From Macrostomum hystrix (Eukaryota; Animalia; Platyhelminthes), in NCBI GenBank assembly GCA_950097015.1, contig CATNEN010000039.1, positions 5,146,001-5,210,000 on the forward strand: a stretch of DNA of 64,000 nucleotides, in the 5' to 3' direction. The notes beneath the pieces are model-generated. The model was not told the DNA's origin. It did no database searches and saw nothing but the letters and a program-made list of their open reading frames with translations. A program made the position numbers and the translations under genes. Shown piece by piece: positions 12,634-25,785 of the stretch. The first letter of the stretch is position 1; the number at the start of each line of letters is the position of its first letter.

Positions 12634-13443
12634 AAAGTGGCTGCCCTAGATTCTGCCAGATCTGAATAGCTTGTAGATTGTCTGTAGATTACTGCATCAC
12701 GAATGTATAAACTTTTTTTAAAGCTCAAGATAACGACATTAGTATATACTCATGTACTACTCATAGTAGAAACTTGGTTTATTTTTGTTTAGCACTTTAA
12801 ATGCTTCCATTTTTATGTACTATTTGCATCGCCTTTTGCATGTCTTTTTTGTGTGATTCATTTGACCGTTTTTTCGAATATACGAGGTAGAATATTTCGA
12901 TTATTTTTTTCAGAAACTACTTAGTAAACAATTAGCTTACTATAAGTAGAAAGTATCGTTTTTTACAATAAAGTTTTATTTCAGAATGGCGAACAAAAAC
13001 GCTTTTTCGACATATAAAATTTATATTTTAGTTCAATTGATTTCTGTATCTCGCTTTGAGTGAAATTATAGTTAAAGTTAAAAAGTTACACTCAAACATA
13101 AAAGAACATTTTTTCACAATGACATACAAAAGGCGACACGAAAGACAAAACAACGAGCGAAATAATTAGATTAAATCAAAGTTTCTATGAAATAAATACG
13201 AGCTATGTAACAGGGAGATTTCGGTTGATTTTGTGCACATCTAAGACTAACAGTTTTCAGAGAGTTCTGCAGACATGGACTTCATGCAGGATCTCATTTG
13301 TAACTGTCTGCAAGAAAATCGCATCGAACACTTGTCTGGCTACTGTTAGTAAGCGACAGAAAAAATAACGCAGTACACAGACTGTGAACAGACAACAGAA
13401 CAGCTCGACTAATTGAAGAAACTTAACTGTCTTTCGAAATAAC

Positions 13444-14230
13444 AACTGTCTACTCAGAAACGCCCAGTCTACTCAGAAGTCTAATTAGAACCCCCACTGT
13501 CTACTCAGAACCCCACTGTCTACTCAGAACCCCACTGTCTACTCAGAACCCCACTGTCTACTCAGAACACCACTGTCTACTCAGAACCCCACTGTCTACT
13601 CAGAACCCCACTGTCTACTCAGAACCCCACTGTCTACTCAGAAATGCCTAGTGTACTCAAAAGTCTAATTAGAACCCCCACTGTCTACTCAGAACCCCAC
13701 TGTCTACTCAGAACCCCCACTGTCTACTCAGAACACCACTGTCTACTCAGAACCCCCACTGTCTACTCAGAACACCACTGTCTACTCAGAACCCCAGTGT
13801 CTACTCAGAACCCCACTGTCTACTCAGAACCCCACTGTCTACTCAGAACACCACTGTCTACTCAGAACCCCACTGTCTACTCAGAACCCCACTGTCTACT
13901 CAGAAATGCCCAGTGTACTCAAAAGTCTAATTAGAACCCCCACTGTCTACTCAGAACCCCACTGTCTACTCAAACTCCCACTGTCTACTTAGAACCCCCA
14001 CTGTCTACTTAGAACCCCCACTGTCTACTCAAACTCCCACAGTCTACTCAAACTCCCACAGTCTAATCAGAACCCCACTGTCTACTCAGAACCCCACTGT
14101 CTACTCAGAACCCCACTGTCTACTTAGAACCCCCACTGTCTACTCAAACTCCCACAGTCTACTCAAACTCCCACAGTCTACTCAAACTCCCACAGTCTAC
14201 TCAGAAATCCCTCTCTCTACTCAGAAGCCT
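13444..14230. repeat. Minisatellite, 21-22 bp unit (cactgtctactcagaaccc)
   Basis: Directly visible. Confidence 0.95.
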
Positions 14231-14397
14231 AAATGTCTATACAAAAACCACTGTCCATCCAGACTGCTGCAGCGCAATGTCTTCTTGTCCGTCCTATTAA
14301 GCCTGGGCATTGTGGCCTGCTCAGTTTCTAAAGTTAGCAAAATACTCATTTTAATCTCAGGTGTTCAATAATCTTTTTAATCTATGGAGCTGATTCG

Positions 14398-15020
14398 CTA
14401 CCCAAACTGAGCCAGCTCAAGCCACGTGCTGCTCGTTTCGGCGGCCGCTGAAATACTGCCAGCAGAGCCAGCCGGCGATGCGGCGAATCGACTGATTCCA
14501 CTGAACTGCCGACCAAAGGTGAGCGGCGATGGCTGCATCAGCGGCTGCTGCGGCGGACGTCTATTCAGCAGCATTGGACTGGCACTAGCGTGTCGCTGAT
14601 GCAGGCGCCACTGCTTCTGCTGCTGCTGCTGCTGCTTCTGCTGCTGATTCGGTTGCGGGAGGCAGTGTTGCCCGACGGTTCTCAGTCGCTGCCTGTCAAT
14701 TGAGGTAGCCTTCAATCGGACGACGTCGCGCACGATCTGATCTATGTCGCTGAGGTCGTCCGGTTCACCACCGCGACGCCATCGATTTGGTCGATTGTCG
14801 TTGTCAGCGAATATTGCCGCTAAGTCCAACGTCTTGACATCGATGTCGTCATTGTCTCCAGGGAAGGGCAGCTGGGACTGTGGCTGCTGCTGCTGTCGTT
14901 GAGACCAGCAGCCTCCCGCGCCACTGAGCAGCTGGTCAATGTCCTCTTCGCGGACGGCCCAGTGCTGATCGTTGGCGACTCCGGGCTCAAGATCCGAGCC
15001 GTAGCCACTGGACACCGACG

Positions 15021-15062
<42 letters not shown>

Positions 15063-15082
15063 TCTGTTGTTGTTGTTGCTGC

Positions 15083-15142
<60 letters not shown>

Positions 15143-16073
15143 TGTTGTTGTTGTTGTTGCTGCTGCTGTTGCTGCTGCTGTTGTTGTTGTTGCTGTTGCT
15201 GCTGCTGCCGCCGACTGCGCAGAAAATTTAAACCGGAAAAAAGATTTTATAATTACGAGTATAAAGGCTAGTAGTAGTAGTTAGTACTAATAAGTAGTAG
15301 TAATGTGGCCGAAACCCCTCACCCAGCAACAGCAAAGCTCTGCTGCTTCAGCTGCGACGCCGCGCTGTGCGGCGCGTGTGCCTCAGACGGGCAGTGAAAG
15401 CGCACCGTTCGGGCGCTCGCACTCTTCATCAGACGCTGCTGCTGTTGGTGTGGAGCTAGATTATTTCGAATTAGCTGTCGAGCCGTCATCTCCGGGTCCT
15501 GACTGCCGGCCCGCTGTAGAAAAATCCAGCGCGTGTCCGCGTAGTCACAGTTCGCGTAGTCACCTTCCTGCTGGCCCCGGCTGTCCTTCTCAATGCTGGC
15601 GGACGCACTGCAGGCATCGTCGGCTCCCATTGGCTGCTGTCGATGCGTCGAGGTGCACGACGCCGACCGGCGGAAGCTGGGCGGCAGGAACAGCCGAGCT
15701 AGACGCCCGCCCAGAGTGCCCGGCGGCTTGGCCGTCTTCTTCTTCTGCTTCTTCCCGACGCCCGAAGATGAAGGAGACTGTTGCTGCGGAATTTCGTAGA
15801 CGAATCCGTCATCGTCTATGTCGTAGGCTCCGCTGGAGGAAGTCGTTGAATTAGCCGTCGCTGCCGCCTCCTCCATGGCAGCGATGCGGCCGAGAAACGA
15901 AGAGCGCAGCACTGCCGGCTGGCGCTGATGAAGCAGCGGATGCTGGAAGCTCTCGGAACCTTCGCTCCAAGTCTGGGCCGCCGGCTGATGCATTCGCGAC
16001 GAGTTCATTGGCAGCTCCGCCGGCCCGGCTTGCCGCCTGCTGCGTGGGGGTCGAGAATCTTTTCCTTCCGTTC
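14398..16073 (-). CDS. Uncharacterised low-complexity protein with ~60-residue poly-Q; last two exons 16073-15323 and 15214-14398; 5' end uncertain (ATG at 16008 or upstream exon)
   Basis: GC-rich open frames joined by a phase-2 intron (donor at 15322, acceptor at 15215) giving ...AVAG-RRQQQ...PSVSSGYGSDLEP. An upstream acceptor at 16074 keeps the frame open. Confidence 0.65.
15021..15208. repeat. (CTG/TTG)n microsatellite encoding poly-Q on the minus strand
   Basis: Mixed CAG/CAA codons with occasional AAG, in frame. Confidence 0.95.
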
Positions 16074-16129
16074 CTAAACTTAACTAATTATTAAAGCTTG
16101 ATCTATTGTTAAATCTTGACTAGTTTTTA

Positions 16130-16355
16130 AGCTTGACCCACTATTAAAGGATGACCTACCAACATGACCCACTATTAAAGGATGACCTACCAACATGACC
16201 CACTATTAAAGGATGACCTACCAACATGACCCACTATTAAAGCATGACCTACCAACTTGACCCACTATTAAAGCATGACCTACCAACTTGACCCACTATT
16301 AAAGGATGACCTACCAATATGACCCACAATTAAAGCATGACCCACCAACGTGACT
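16130..16355. repeat. Minisatellite, 31-bp unit (gacccactattaaaggatgacctaccaacat)
   Basis: Directly visible. Confidence 0.9.
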
Positions 16356-16842
16356 CATTCTTAAATCCTGACCCATCAGCTTGACCCATCTGTTCAGGAC
16401 CCACTGTAAAATCAGTCTTTTCATTTACAGCAACTCACACTGAACTCAGCAGTACAATCAGGTCCAGCCCACCCGAAGGCATCGATAATGATAATAAGTC
16501 CCATCCCAAACCACCAGGGAAATCATGACCCTGTCACGTGATGCCGTTCGGTTAGAAGTAATCTGGATTTCGGATTTCAATTCGATGATCAAAGTGGCTT
16601 GGCACAGAATTTCGGTGCTTATATCGAATTCAATCAGCGAAATCAGAAGCCTCAAGCTTGATCGCTCTCAAAGGTTAGGGCACTCGTCTCGTTGGCTTTT
16701 ACAGCACAGATTGAGCACAGCTTGTCATTGTGTTTCCCAAGTTGCTTATCTCTTTTTGGATTTCATTTCGAGTTTGGCTTAACTCGGGAATGGCACTCCC
16801 TTGACCCTGATGTGACCCTAGTTTAGCATTGGAAATGTCTTG

Positions 16843-17205
16843 GCTTGACTCAGTCTTGACCCTGGCTTGACTCAGGCTTGACCCAGTCTTGACCCTGGCT
16901 TGACCCTGGCTTGACCCTGGCTTGACCCTGGCTTGACCCTGGCTTGACCCTGGCTTGACCCTGGCTTGACCCTGGCTTGACCCTGGCTTGACCCTAGCTT
17001 GACCCTGGCTTGACCCTGGCTTGACCCTGGCTTGACCCTGGCTTGACCCTGGCTTGACCCTGGCTTGACCCTGGCTTGACCCTGGCTTGACCCTGGCTTG
17101 ACCCTGGCTTGACCCTGGCTTGACCCTGGCTTGACCCTAGCTTGACCCAGTCTTGACCATGGCTTGACCCAGTCTTGACCCAGTCTTGACCCAGTCTTGA
17201 CTCAG
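16843..17205. repeat. Minisatellite, 11-bp unit (cttgaccctgg)
   Basis: Directly visible. Confidence 0.95.
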
Positions 17206-17689
17206 GATTGACCACTTGCTTGAAATTTCTATCCCAGACAACCGCACTCAACTGGCTGAGCAGGGAATAGTTGCAGGCAGTTTTAAGCTGTCAATCAAAA
17301 TTAGTCTATAGAAAATTGTCTCCTTTGTCAACCAGGACCAGGGCAGGGGGGTGGCGGAATGCTCACTCACTGCTCAACTGCCCTCTTAACTCCTGGAGTA
17401 GGGGAACTTGCAGCTCGCACTGAAATACAATCTGAACACGCGAGGCTTGACAACAGCTACGCCTGCACCGGCTAGGAATCGGGGGAATAAACTCAACAAA
17501 GGCCCATTGTTCCCTAATCTCTGGGTGTGTTTGTGCCTTCTGTGTGGCTGAATTTGAGCACAGTAAACTGGAATTGCTGACCAGTAATGGGTCATTTGAA
17601 AACTTAAGTGTAGCTTCGATTTGTAATTTATGACAACGGTTTTGCAACCAGTTTGGGCCTTTGGTTTTAATGAGTTCGAGATTTCAATA

Positions 17690-18450
17690 ATTAGGGATTT
17701 CAATGTCAATTAGCATTTTTTAGTTTGGAATTTCAATTACATCGGAATCTTAGCAAATTTAGGATTTCAGTGAATTTGGGATTTCAGTGAGTTTGGGATT
17801 TCAGTGAGTTTGGGATTTGAATGAGTTTGGGATTTCAATGAATTTGGGATTTCACTGAATTTGGGGTTTCAAAGAATTTGGGATTTGAATGAGTTTGGGA
17901 TTTCAATGAATTTGGGATTTCAATGAGTTTGGGATTTCAATGAGTTTGGGATTCAATGAATTTGGGATTTCAATGAGTTCGGGATTTCAATGAGTTTGGG
18001 ATTTCAATGAGTTTGGGATTTCAGTGAGTTTGGGATTTCAGTAAGTTTCGGATTTCAATGTTAATTAAGATTTTTTTGTTTGGAATTCCAATTACATCGG
18101 AATTTCGGCGAATTTGGGATTTCAGGAAATTTGGAATTTCTATGAGTTTGGGATTCAGTGAATTTGGGATTTCACTGAATTTGGGGTTTCAATGAATTTG
18201 GGATTTCACTGAATTTGGGGTTTCAATGAATTTGGGATTTCAATGAGTTTGGGATTTCAGTGAGTTTGGGATTTCAGTGAGTTTGGGATTTCAATGAGTT
18301 TGGGATTTCAATGAGTTTGGGATTTCAATGTTAATTAAGATTTTTTTGTTTGGAATTCCAATTGCATCGGAATTTCGGCGAATTTGGGATTTAAATGAGT
18401 TTGGGATTTCAGTGAATTTGGGATTTCATTGAGTTTGGGATTCAGTGAAT
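17690..18450. repeat. Minisatellite, 17-bp unit (tgagtttgggatttcaa) with a higher-order spacer block repeated three times
   Basis: Directly visible; the spacer ttggaattccaattacatcggaat recurs at ~17725, ~18080 and ~18350. Confidence 0.9.
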
Positions 18451-19220
18451 GAATCTTTGATCTTGTCTTCTATAGACAACAATGCGACTTAAAGAATCCA
18501 AATGAACTTTTAAATTATTAGGAAAATAAATCCAAGAAAACTGCCACTCACTTCTGCTCTGTTGGGAAATTTCATGCGGACAAAAACTCATTGTTTGTCC
18601 ACTTTGCCTGACTCAGGTCACCCACCTCGCTCCTTCTCTCTTCAGACAGAACTCAAACAAATGAAGGAACTATGGATGATAAATCATGCAACTACCATTT
18701 GTTTGGTCGCTATAGCTCGTATATTGACAATGTACACACCCTATGTGCTCTCTGCCCTGTCACAAGGTAGCGGCTGAAGCAGCAGCAGCAGCAGAAAAAA
18801 GCATTGTGAATGAGCAACATTGCTATGAGCTGTGGTTGAGTCTTGCTTCTCCGCTGGTTTGTGATGAGCTGTTATTTTTCCTTTTTCATAGCTAATCACC
18901 TTTGTCTGCTCAGTTAAGACACCGACTGTGAACAGATTTTGAAATGCACACAAATGTGGTGAGTCATGCCGTGGCGTCATTTTGATGCCAGTCTCATCTG
19001 CTTAGCTAGTTGTGTATAGAAATAGTCTACTTGTATTGTATTTTAGCACCAGTTGTGATTTGGCTTATCTGATCAGATTTTATATTATATTGCGCTCTGT
19101 TTGACAGGCACAGCCATTGTGTAGGGATGCATACATATGCACATTGTCACTCGTGTCTGCCAGAGTTGCTGCTTCACATTTTCAAACCGCAATATCACTG
19201 CTACACCTTGAAGGGTCTCG

Positions 19221-19600
19221 GGGGCGTGGGTGAGTCGCAGAGCGGTTAACGCGTTTGCCTCTCGCACCAAGGTCCCTGAGCTCGATTTCGCTGCGAGGCC
19301 GCATTCATTTGGGGTGCTGAGAGAAGGCTTGGGGGCTTGTCGTGCAATTTTTCGCCCTTGAGGGCCAACCTCCAAGGTACAGTGAGAGAGTACACTGCCT
19401 GACGATGAGAAAGTCAGGGCAGATATACACACCTGTATGAGTGTGTGCCTGCGTACAGTATCTGTGTGCGTGATGTGCTCAGGAATCACGTAAATGGGCA
19501 GAATTGCCTCCTCGCTGGCTGCGGGTCTAGTGTCACCAATGTGCCATGTGCCATTGAGATTATTAATAATAATTATTATAATATAATTCTTATTACTCTC
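19221..19600 (+). mobile_element. tRNA-derived SINE family A, near full length
   Basis: Head ggggcgtgggtgagtcgcagagcggttaacgc (A box)...gagctcgatttcgc (B box-like), shared body, AT-rich (TTA/TAA) tail. Confidence 0.8.
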
Positions 19601-19682
19601 TTTATTTTTCTTATTACTATTGTTATTATCAATATTTTTGTTAGTATCTTCATTATAAGGTCTTGGACTTAGAGATTTAAGG

Positions 19683-20042
19683 CTGATGCCCTTGATCAAT
19701 TGGTGGGTATGTAGTGACTCCATGAAGAATCAGAGGGTATTAGCTGATGTCCTGAAGAATCGGAGGGTATCAGTTGATGCCCTGAATTATCTGAGGGTAT
19801 GTTGTGACTCCATAAAGAATCGGAGGGTATCAGCTGATGCCCTGAATTATCTGAGGGTATGTTGTGACTCCATAAAGAATCGGAGGGTATCAGTTGATGC
19901 CCTGAATTATCTGAGGGTATGTTCTGACTCCATAAAGAATCGGAGGGTATCAGCTGATGTCCTGAAGTGTCGGAGGGTATCAGCTGATGTCCTGAAGTGT
20001 CAGATGGTATCAGCTGATGCTCTGAAGAATCGGAGGGTATGG
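19683..20042. repeat. Minisatellite, 30-bp unit with 60-bp dimer structure
   Basis: gagggtatcagctgatgccctgaattatct alternates with gagggtatgttgtgactccataaagaatcg. Confidence 0.9.
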
Positions 20043-20759
20043 GGAGTGACTGCCCGAGGAATTGGAGTGTTTGGAGCTGTAATAGCTTCTTGAGTCTCTG
20101 AATGTCCTAATTGATTATGTCCTAGTTGAATGATTGATGCCAGGCATTGTGCCAAACGCATTAGGTACATTGCAACAACAGCCCTGATTGAATGGCAGCT
20201 CGTTCAGTCAGCTAAGCGGACTAAATGGTCAGCGGGTGTTTATCTATGAGGCCAGCCGCCGAAATGACAGAACAAGACGAAGCAGACAGGCGCAGACGCA
20301 TCCTGCTAGCCATCAAACCAAAAAGCGAAGCTGGCCGTGCGGATTGCTGGGAATCAGAAGAAGCAACTCGCGGTGTTTCTAGTGTGTGGGAATCGGCATC
20401 CGAACGGCACGGATACAAGAATTCAGGCGGGGTTTGGGGTGGCGCTGTGCAACACGCTGATGGGTCAGAGATTAGCTGGATGAAATCAAGCATTGGCTTG
20501 AAACTGTTATCTTCGCTCATTGCTACTAGAAGGGAAACGCGATTCTGTTTCCAGTCAGCCGAGAGCGACTCGGCACTGGGATTGTATTATGCAAGGGAAA
20601 GGGGAAAAAAGAAATGGGATTTTACTAAATAGACGAGGCATTACTCCCTGATGAGGATAAGGAGATATATGTCAAAGTGGAGGCAGAGGATAGTTGGGTT
20701 AGATGGTAGAGGGGTAGACGGTAGTGTGGTAAATGGTGGTGGAGTAGCGCATAGTCGCG

Positions 20760-22808
20760 TAGAGTGAAGTTGGGTAGAGTGTTGTGGGGTAAAGGGTAGT
20801 GGGGTAGAGTGTGATTAGTTAGAGTGTATTGGGATAGTGGGTAGAGTGTAGTGGGGTAGTGGGGTAGAGTGTAGTGGGGTAGTGGGGTAGAGTGTAGTGG
20901 GGTAGTGGGGTAGAGTGTAGTGGGGTAGTGGGGTAGAGTGTGATTTGTTAGAGTGTAGTGGGGTAGTGGGTAGAGTGTAGTGGGGTAGTGGGGTAGAGTG
21001 TAGTGGGGTAGTGGGGTAGAGTGTAGTGGGGTAGTGGGGTAGAGTGTAGTGGGGTAGTGGGGTAGAGTGTAGTGGGGTAGTGGGGTAGAGTGTAGTGGGG
21101 TAGTGGGGTAGAGTGTAGTGGGGTAGTTGGGTAGAGTGTGATTTGTTAGAGTGTAGTGGAGTAGTGGGGTAGAGTGTAGTGGGGTAGTGGGGTAGAGTGT
21201 AGTGGGGTAGCGGGGTAGAGTGTAGTGGGGTAGTGGGGTAGAGTGTGATTAGTTAGAGTGTACTGGGGTAGTGGGGTAGAGTGTAGTGGAGAAGTTTAAT
21301 AGAGTGTAGTGGGGTAGTTAGGGTAGAGTGTAGTGGAGAATTATGGTAGAGTGTAGTGGAGTAGTATGGCAGAGTGTAGTGGAGTAGTATGGCAGAGTGT
21401 AGTGGAGTAGTATGGCAGAGTGTAGTGGAGTAGTAGGGCAGAGTGTAGTGGGGTAGTAGGGCAGAGTGTAGTGGAGTAGTATGGCAGAGTGTACTGGGGT
21501 AGTAGGGCAGAGTGTAGTGGAGTAGTATGGCAGAGTGTAGTGGAGTAGTAGGGCAGAGTGTAGTGGGGTAGTAGGGCAGAGTGTAGTGGAGTAGTAGGGC
21601 AGAGTGTAGTGGAGTAGTAGGGCAGAGTGTAGTGGAGTAGTATGGCAGAGTGTAGTGGAGTAGTAGGGCAGAGTGTAGTGGAGTAGTATGGCAGAGTGTA
21701 GTGGGGTAGTAGGGCAGAGTGTAGTGGAGTAGTAGGGCAGAGTGTAGTGTAGTAGTAGGGCAGAGTGTAGTGGGGTAGTAGGGCAGAGTGTAGTGGAGTA
21801 GTTGGGCAGAGTGTAGTGGAGTAGTAGGGCAGAGTGTCGTGGGGTAGTAGGGTAGAGTGTATTGGGGTAGTAGTGCAGAGTGTAGTGGGGTAGTAGGGCA
21901 GATTGTAGTGGAGTAGTAGGGCAGAGTGTCGTGGGGTAGTATGGCAGAGTGTAGTGGAGTAGTAGGGCAGAGTGTAGTGGGGTAGTAGGGCAGAGTGTAG
22001 TGGAGTAGTATGGCAGAGTGTAGTGGAGTAGTAGGGCAGAGTGTAGTGGAGTAGTTGGGCAGAGTGTAGTGGAGTAGTAGGGCAGAGTGTCGTGGGGTAG
22101 TAGGGTAGAGTGTATTGGGGTAGTAGTGCAGAGTGTAGTGGAGTAGTAGGGCAGAGTGTCGTGGGGTAGTAGGGTAGAGTGTATTGGGGTAGTAGTGCAG
22201 AGTGTAGTGGGGTAGTAGGGCAGATTGTAGTGGAGTAGTAGGGCAGAGTGTCGTGGGGTAGTAGGGTAGAGTGTATTGGGGTAGTAGTGCAGAGTGTAGT
22301 GGGGTAGTAGGGCAGATTGTAGTGGAGTAGTAGGGCAGTGTGTCGTGGGGTAGTAGGGTAGAGTGTATTGGGGTAGTAGTGCAGAGTGTAGTGGGGTAGT
22401 AGGGCAGATTGTAGTGGAGTAGTAGGGCAGTGTGTCGTGGGGTAGTAGGGTAGAGTGTATTGGGGTAGTAGTGCAGAGTGTAGTGGAGTAGTATGGCAGA
22501 GTGTAGTGGAGTAGTAGGGCAGAGTGTAGTGGAGTAGTAGGGCAGAGTGTAGTGGAGTAGTATGGCAGAGTGTAGTGGAGTAGTATGGCAGAGTGTAATG
22601 GAGTAGTAGGGCAGAGTGTAGTGGAGTAGTAGGGCAGAGTGTAGTGGAGTAGTAGGGCAGAGTGTCGTGGGGTAGTAGGGCAGAGTGTCGTGGGGTAGTA
22701 GGGTAGAGTGTAGTGGGGTAGTGTTAGAGGTCATGGGGTAGTAGGGCAGAGTGTCGTGGGGTAGTAGGGTAGAGTGTAGTGGGGTAGTGTTAGAGGTCGT
22801 GGGGTAGT
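20760..22808. repeat. G-rich satellite, 23-bp unit (agagtgtagtggggtagtggggt grading into agagtgtagtggagtagtagggc)
   Basis: Directly visible, ~2 kb, strongly strand-asymmetric. Confidence 0.95.
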
Positions 22809-23448
22809 ATTGGAGCTCGTACGAGCATTGAATAGCGCATTGGGATCAGATACAGTCCAGTATGTGTATAACAGCCAGAGCTTGAAGTGTCTACGAATAA
22901 ATCCTAGAAAATGCCATCGTAAAATGGTGAAAGACTTTAAAAAAACGAAAATAAGGATCGAGAGAGCGAGAGATAGAGAGCATAGTACACAGAAGACACC
23001 CGCTAGTGACTAGTCGCAATAAACGCTGTTTAAAACACTGCTTTTTCTTTCTGCGAGCATTCTACGGTGTTTGTTAAAAGTCTGTCAGGCTGCAGAGTAT
23101 TTCAGAGGCAGCAATTTTCAACTGAACAGTCTGCTATGGTGCTAAATACTCCATTATCTGTGAGCCTATGCGGCGGTGCTGGGTTTTGATGCTCGCCGAC
23201 ACTAAATTAAGCTAATAAACACTGACAGCTGAAACTGCCCAGTATAGTAAAATATTCATGCACATTGTAAAACCAGCGCCACTTGATAATTGGCTTATGA
23301 GACCCGACTAAAGAAGCTGTTAAAGTATTCAAACTTCACCCCCGCAAGTGGTGGTTTGAGTTTTATGACTATTTCAGCACCTCTTGAAGGCTTTTAACAC
23401 CCCGCGTTTGCAAATGATTATCAAACTGTTTGTTGCTAGGCGCGTTTG

Positions 23449-23705
23449 TCTCTCAGTGGGTTGCCATCCTCACCCACAGATCTCTCAGTGGGTTGCCATC
23501 CTCACCCACAGATCTCTCAGTGGGGTTGCCATCCTCACCCACAGATCTCTCAGTGTGGTTGCCATCCTCACCCACAGATCTCTCAGTGGGGTTGCCATCC
23601 TCACCCACAGATATCTCAGTGTGGTTGACATCCTCACCCACAGATATCTCAGTGTGGTTGCCATCCTCACCCACAGATCTCTCAGTCGTTTGCCGTCCTC
23701 ACCCA
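23449..23705. repeat. Minisatellite, ~33-bp unit (ctcagtggggttgccatcctcacccacagatct)
   Basis: Directly visible. Confidence 0.9.
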
Positions 23706-24281
23706 AAGATCTCTTATTGGCCAGTTTCCACCCGCCTTCAATATTTCAGAGGCCGGCCAGTTACTAACTGCGTGGTTCTTGAAGTCAAATGAGGAATAGC
23801 AAACTAAAAAGCGCAGAATTCCGTTTAAAAAACTAACTGCCCTTAGCAACGAGACTGCAACAGGGTCGCTAATGATGGCCGCAGGGTTCAAGCCGGATCC
23901 CAATCCGCAAACTGTGACACTGTGACAGCTGTTTTGCCACATTTGTTCCCAAAGAAGCTAAACTTCTTCTTTCTTCTTTTTCTTTAACTTTACAAACACA
24001 CCGAACGGGAATGCCGTGTGGAGGCGGGGAGGGAATCCCAGAAAATTTGCTGCAGGGCTAATTAATGCACTGGCGGTTGCCTCTGATTCTCGGGGGTTGC
24101 AGGCTTTCATTGCTATGCACTGGATTCCAATAGCAGTCTAGCTTGACATTGGGCAAGACCTTCACTGCCTTCTTTTTTTCACTGAGAAATCAAACCGACC
24201 GACAATTAAAATTGTCTGTTTTGCTGCTGCGAATGGGAGACACGGGAATATACTTTTGGAACTTGGATTGTGCCAAATATG

Positions 24282-25412
24282 GGATTATGGTGTCAACTGA
24301 AGGATTATGGTGTCAACTGAAGGATTATGGTGTCAACTGAAGGATTATGGTGTCAACTGAAGAATTATGGTGTCAACTGAAGGATTATGGTGTCAACTGA
24401 AGGATTATGGTGTCAATTGAAGGATTATGGTGTCAACTGAAGGATTATGGTGTCAACTGAAGAATTATGGTGTCAACTGAAGGATTATGGTGTCAACTGA
24501 AGGATTATGGTGTCAACTGAAGGATTATGGTGTCAACTGAAGGATTATGGTGTCAATTGAAGGATTATGGTGTCAGCTGAAGAATTATGGTGTCAACTGA
24601 AGGATTATGGTGTCAACTGAAGGATTATGGTGTCAACTGAAGGATTATGGTGTCAACTGAAGGATTATGGTGTCAACTGAAGGATTATGGTGTCAATTGA
24701 AGGATTATGGTGTCAACTGAAGGGTTATGGTGTCAACTGAAGGATTATGGTGTCAACTGAAGGATTATGGTGTCAACTGAAGGATTATGGTGTCAACTGA
24801 AGGATTATGGTGTCAATTGAAGGATTATGGTGTCAACTGAAGGGTTATGGTGTCAACTGAAGGATTATGGTGTCAACTGAAGGATTATGGTGTCAACTGA
24901 AGAATTATGGTGTCAACTGAAGGATTATGGTGTCAATTGAAGGATTATGGTGTCAACTGAAGGATTATGGTGTCAATTGAAGGATTATGGTGTCAATTGA
25001 AGAATTATGGTGTCAATTGAAGGATTATGGTGTCAATTGAAGGATTATGGTGTCAACTGAAGGATTATGGTGTCAATTGAAGGATTATGGTGTCAGCTGA
25101 AGAATTATGGTGTCAACTGAAGGATTATGGTGTCAACTGAAGGATTATGGTGTCAACTGAAGGATTATGGTGTCAACTGAAGGATTATGGTGTCAACTGA
25201 AGGATTATGGTGTCAACTGAAGGATTATGGTGTCAATTGAAGGATTATGGTGTCAACTGAAGGATTATGGTGTCAACTGAAGGATTATGGTGTCAACTGA
25301 AGGATTATGGTGTCAACTGAAGAATTATGGTGTCAACTGAAGGATTATGGTGTCAACTGAAGGATTATGGTGTCAACTGAAGGATTATGGTGTCAACTGA
25401 AGGATTATGGTG
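24282..25412. repeat. Minisatellite, 20-bp unit (aggattatggtgtcaactga), ~56 near-identical copies
   Basis: Directly visible; three units per 60-nt line. Confidence 0.97.
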
Positions 25413-25422
25413 ACAGTGACCC

Positions 25423-25785
25423 AAGGATCGTGGGGGTAACTGAAGGATTCTGTGACGTAACTGAAGGATCGTGGGTGGTAACGGAAGGATCGTGGGTGGT
25501 AACGGAAGGATCGTGGGTGGTAACGGAAGGATCGTGGGTGGTAACGGAAGGATCGTGGGTGATCACGGAAGGATCGTGGGTGGTAACGGAAGGATCGTGG
25601 GTGGTAACGGAAGGATCGTGGGTGGTAACGGAAGGATCGTGGGTGGTCACGGAAGGATCGTGGGTGGTAACGGAAGGGATCGTGGGTGGTCACGGAAGGA
25701 TCGTGGGTGGTAACGGAAGGATCGTGGGTGGTAACGGAAGGATCGTGGGTGGTCACGGAAGGATCATGGGGTGGTAACGGAAGGT
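25423..25785. repeat. Minisatellite, 21-bp unit (acggaaggatcgtgggtggta)
   Basis: Directly visible, abutting the 20-bp array. Confidence 0.95.

Noticed and set aside
14899-15231. Poly-Leu ORF on the plus strand
   Set aside because: Antisense of the poly-Q exon.
20188-20632. Short ORFs between satellites (also 29022-29400 and 31241-31453)
   Set aside because: No recognisable motifs or reliable splice chain; possible UTR exons cannot be supported without transcripts.
21253-22734. 493-aa His/Tyr/Thr/Pro ORF
   Set aside because: Translation of a 23-bp satellite cycling through frames; no coding evidence.
24282-25412. Regular repeats as a CRISPR array
   Set aside because: Head-to-tail units with no unique spacers, eukaryotic context and no cas genes; the same applies to all other arrays here.
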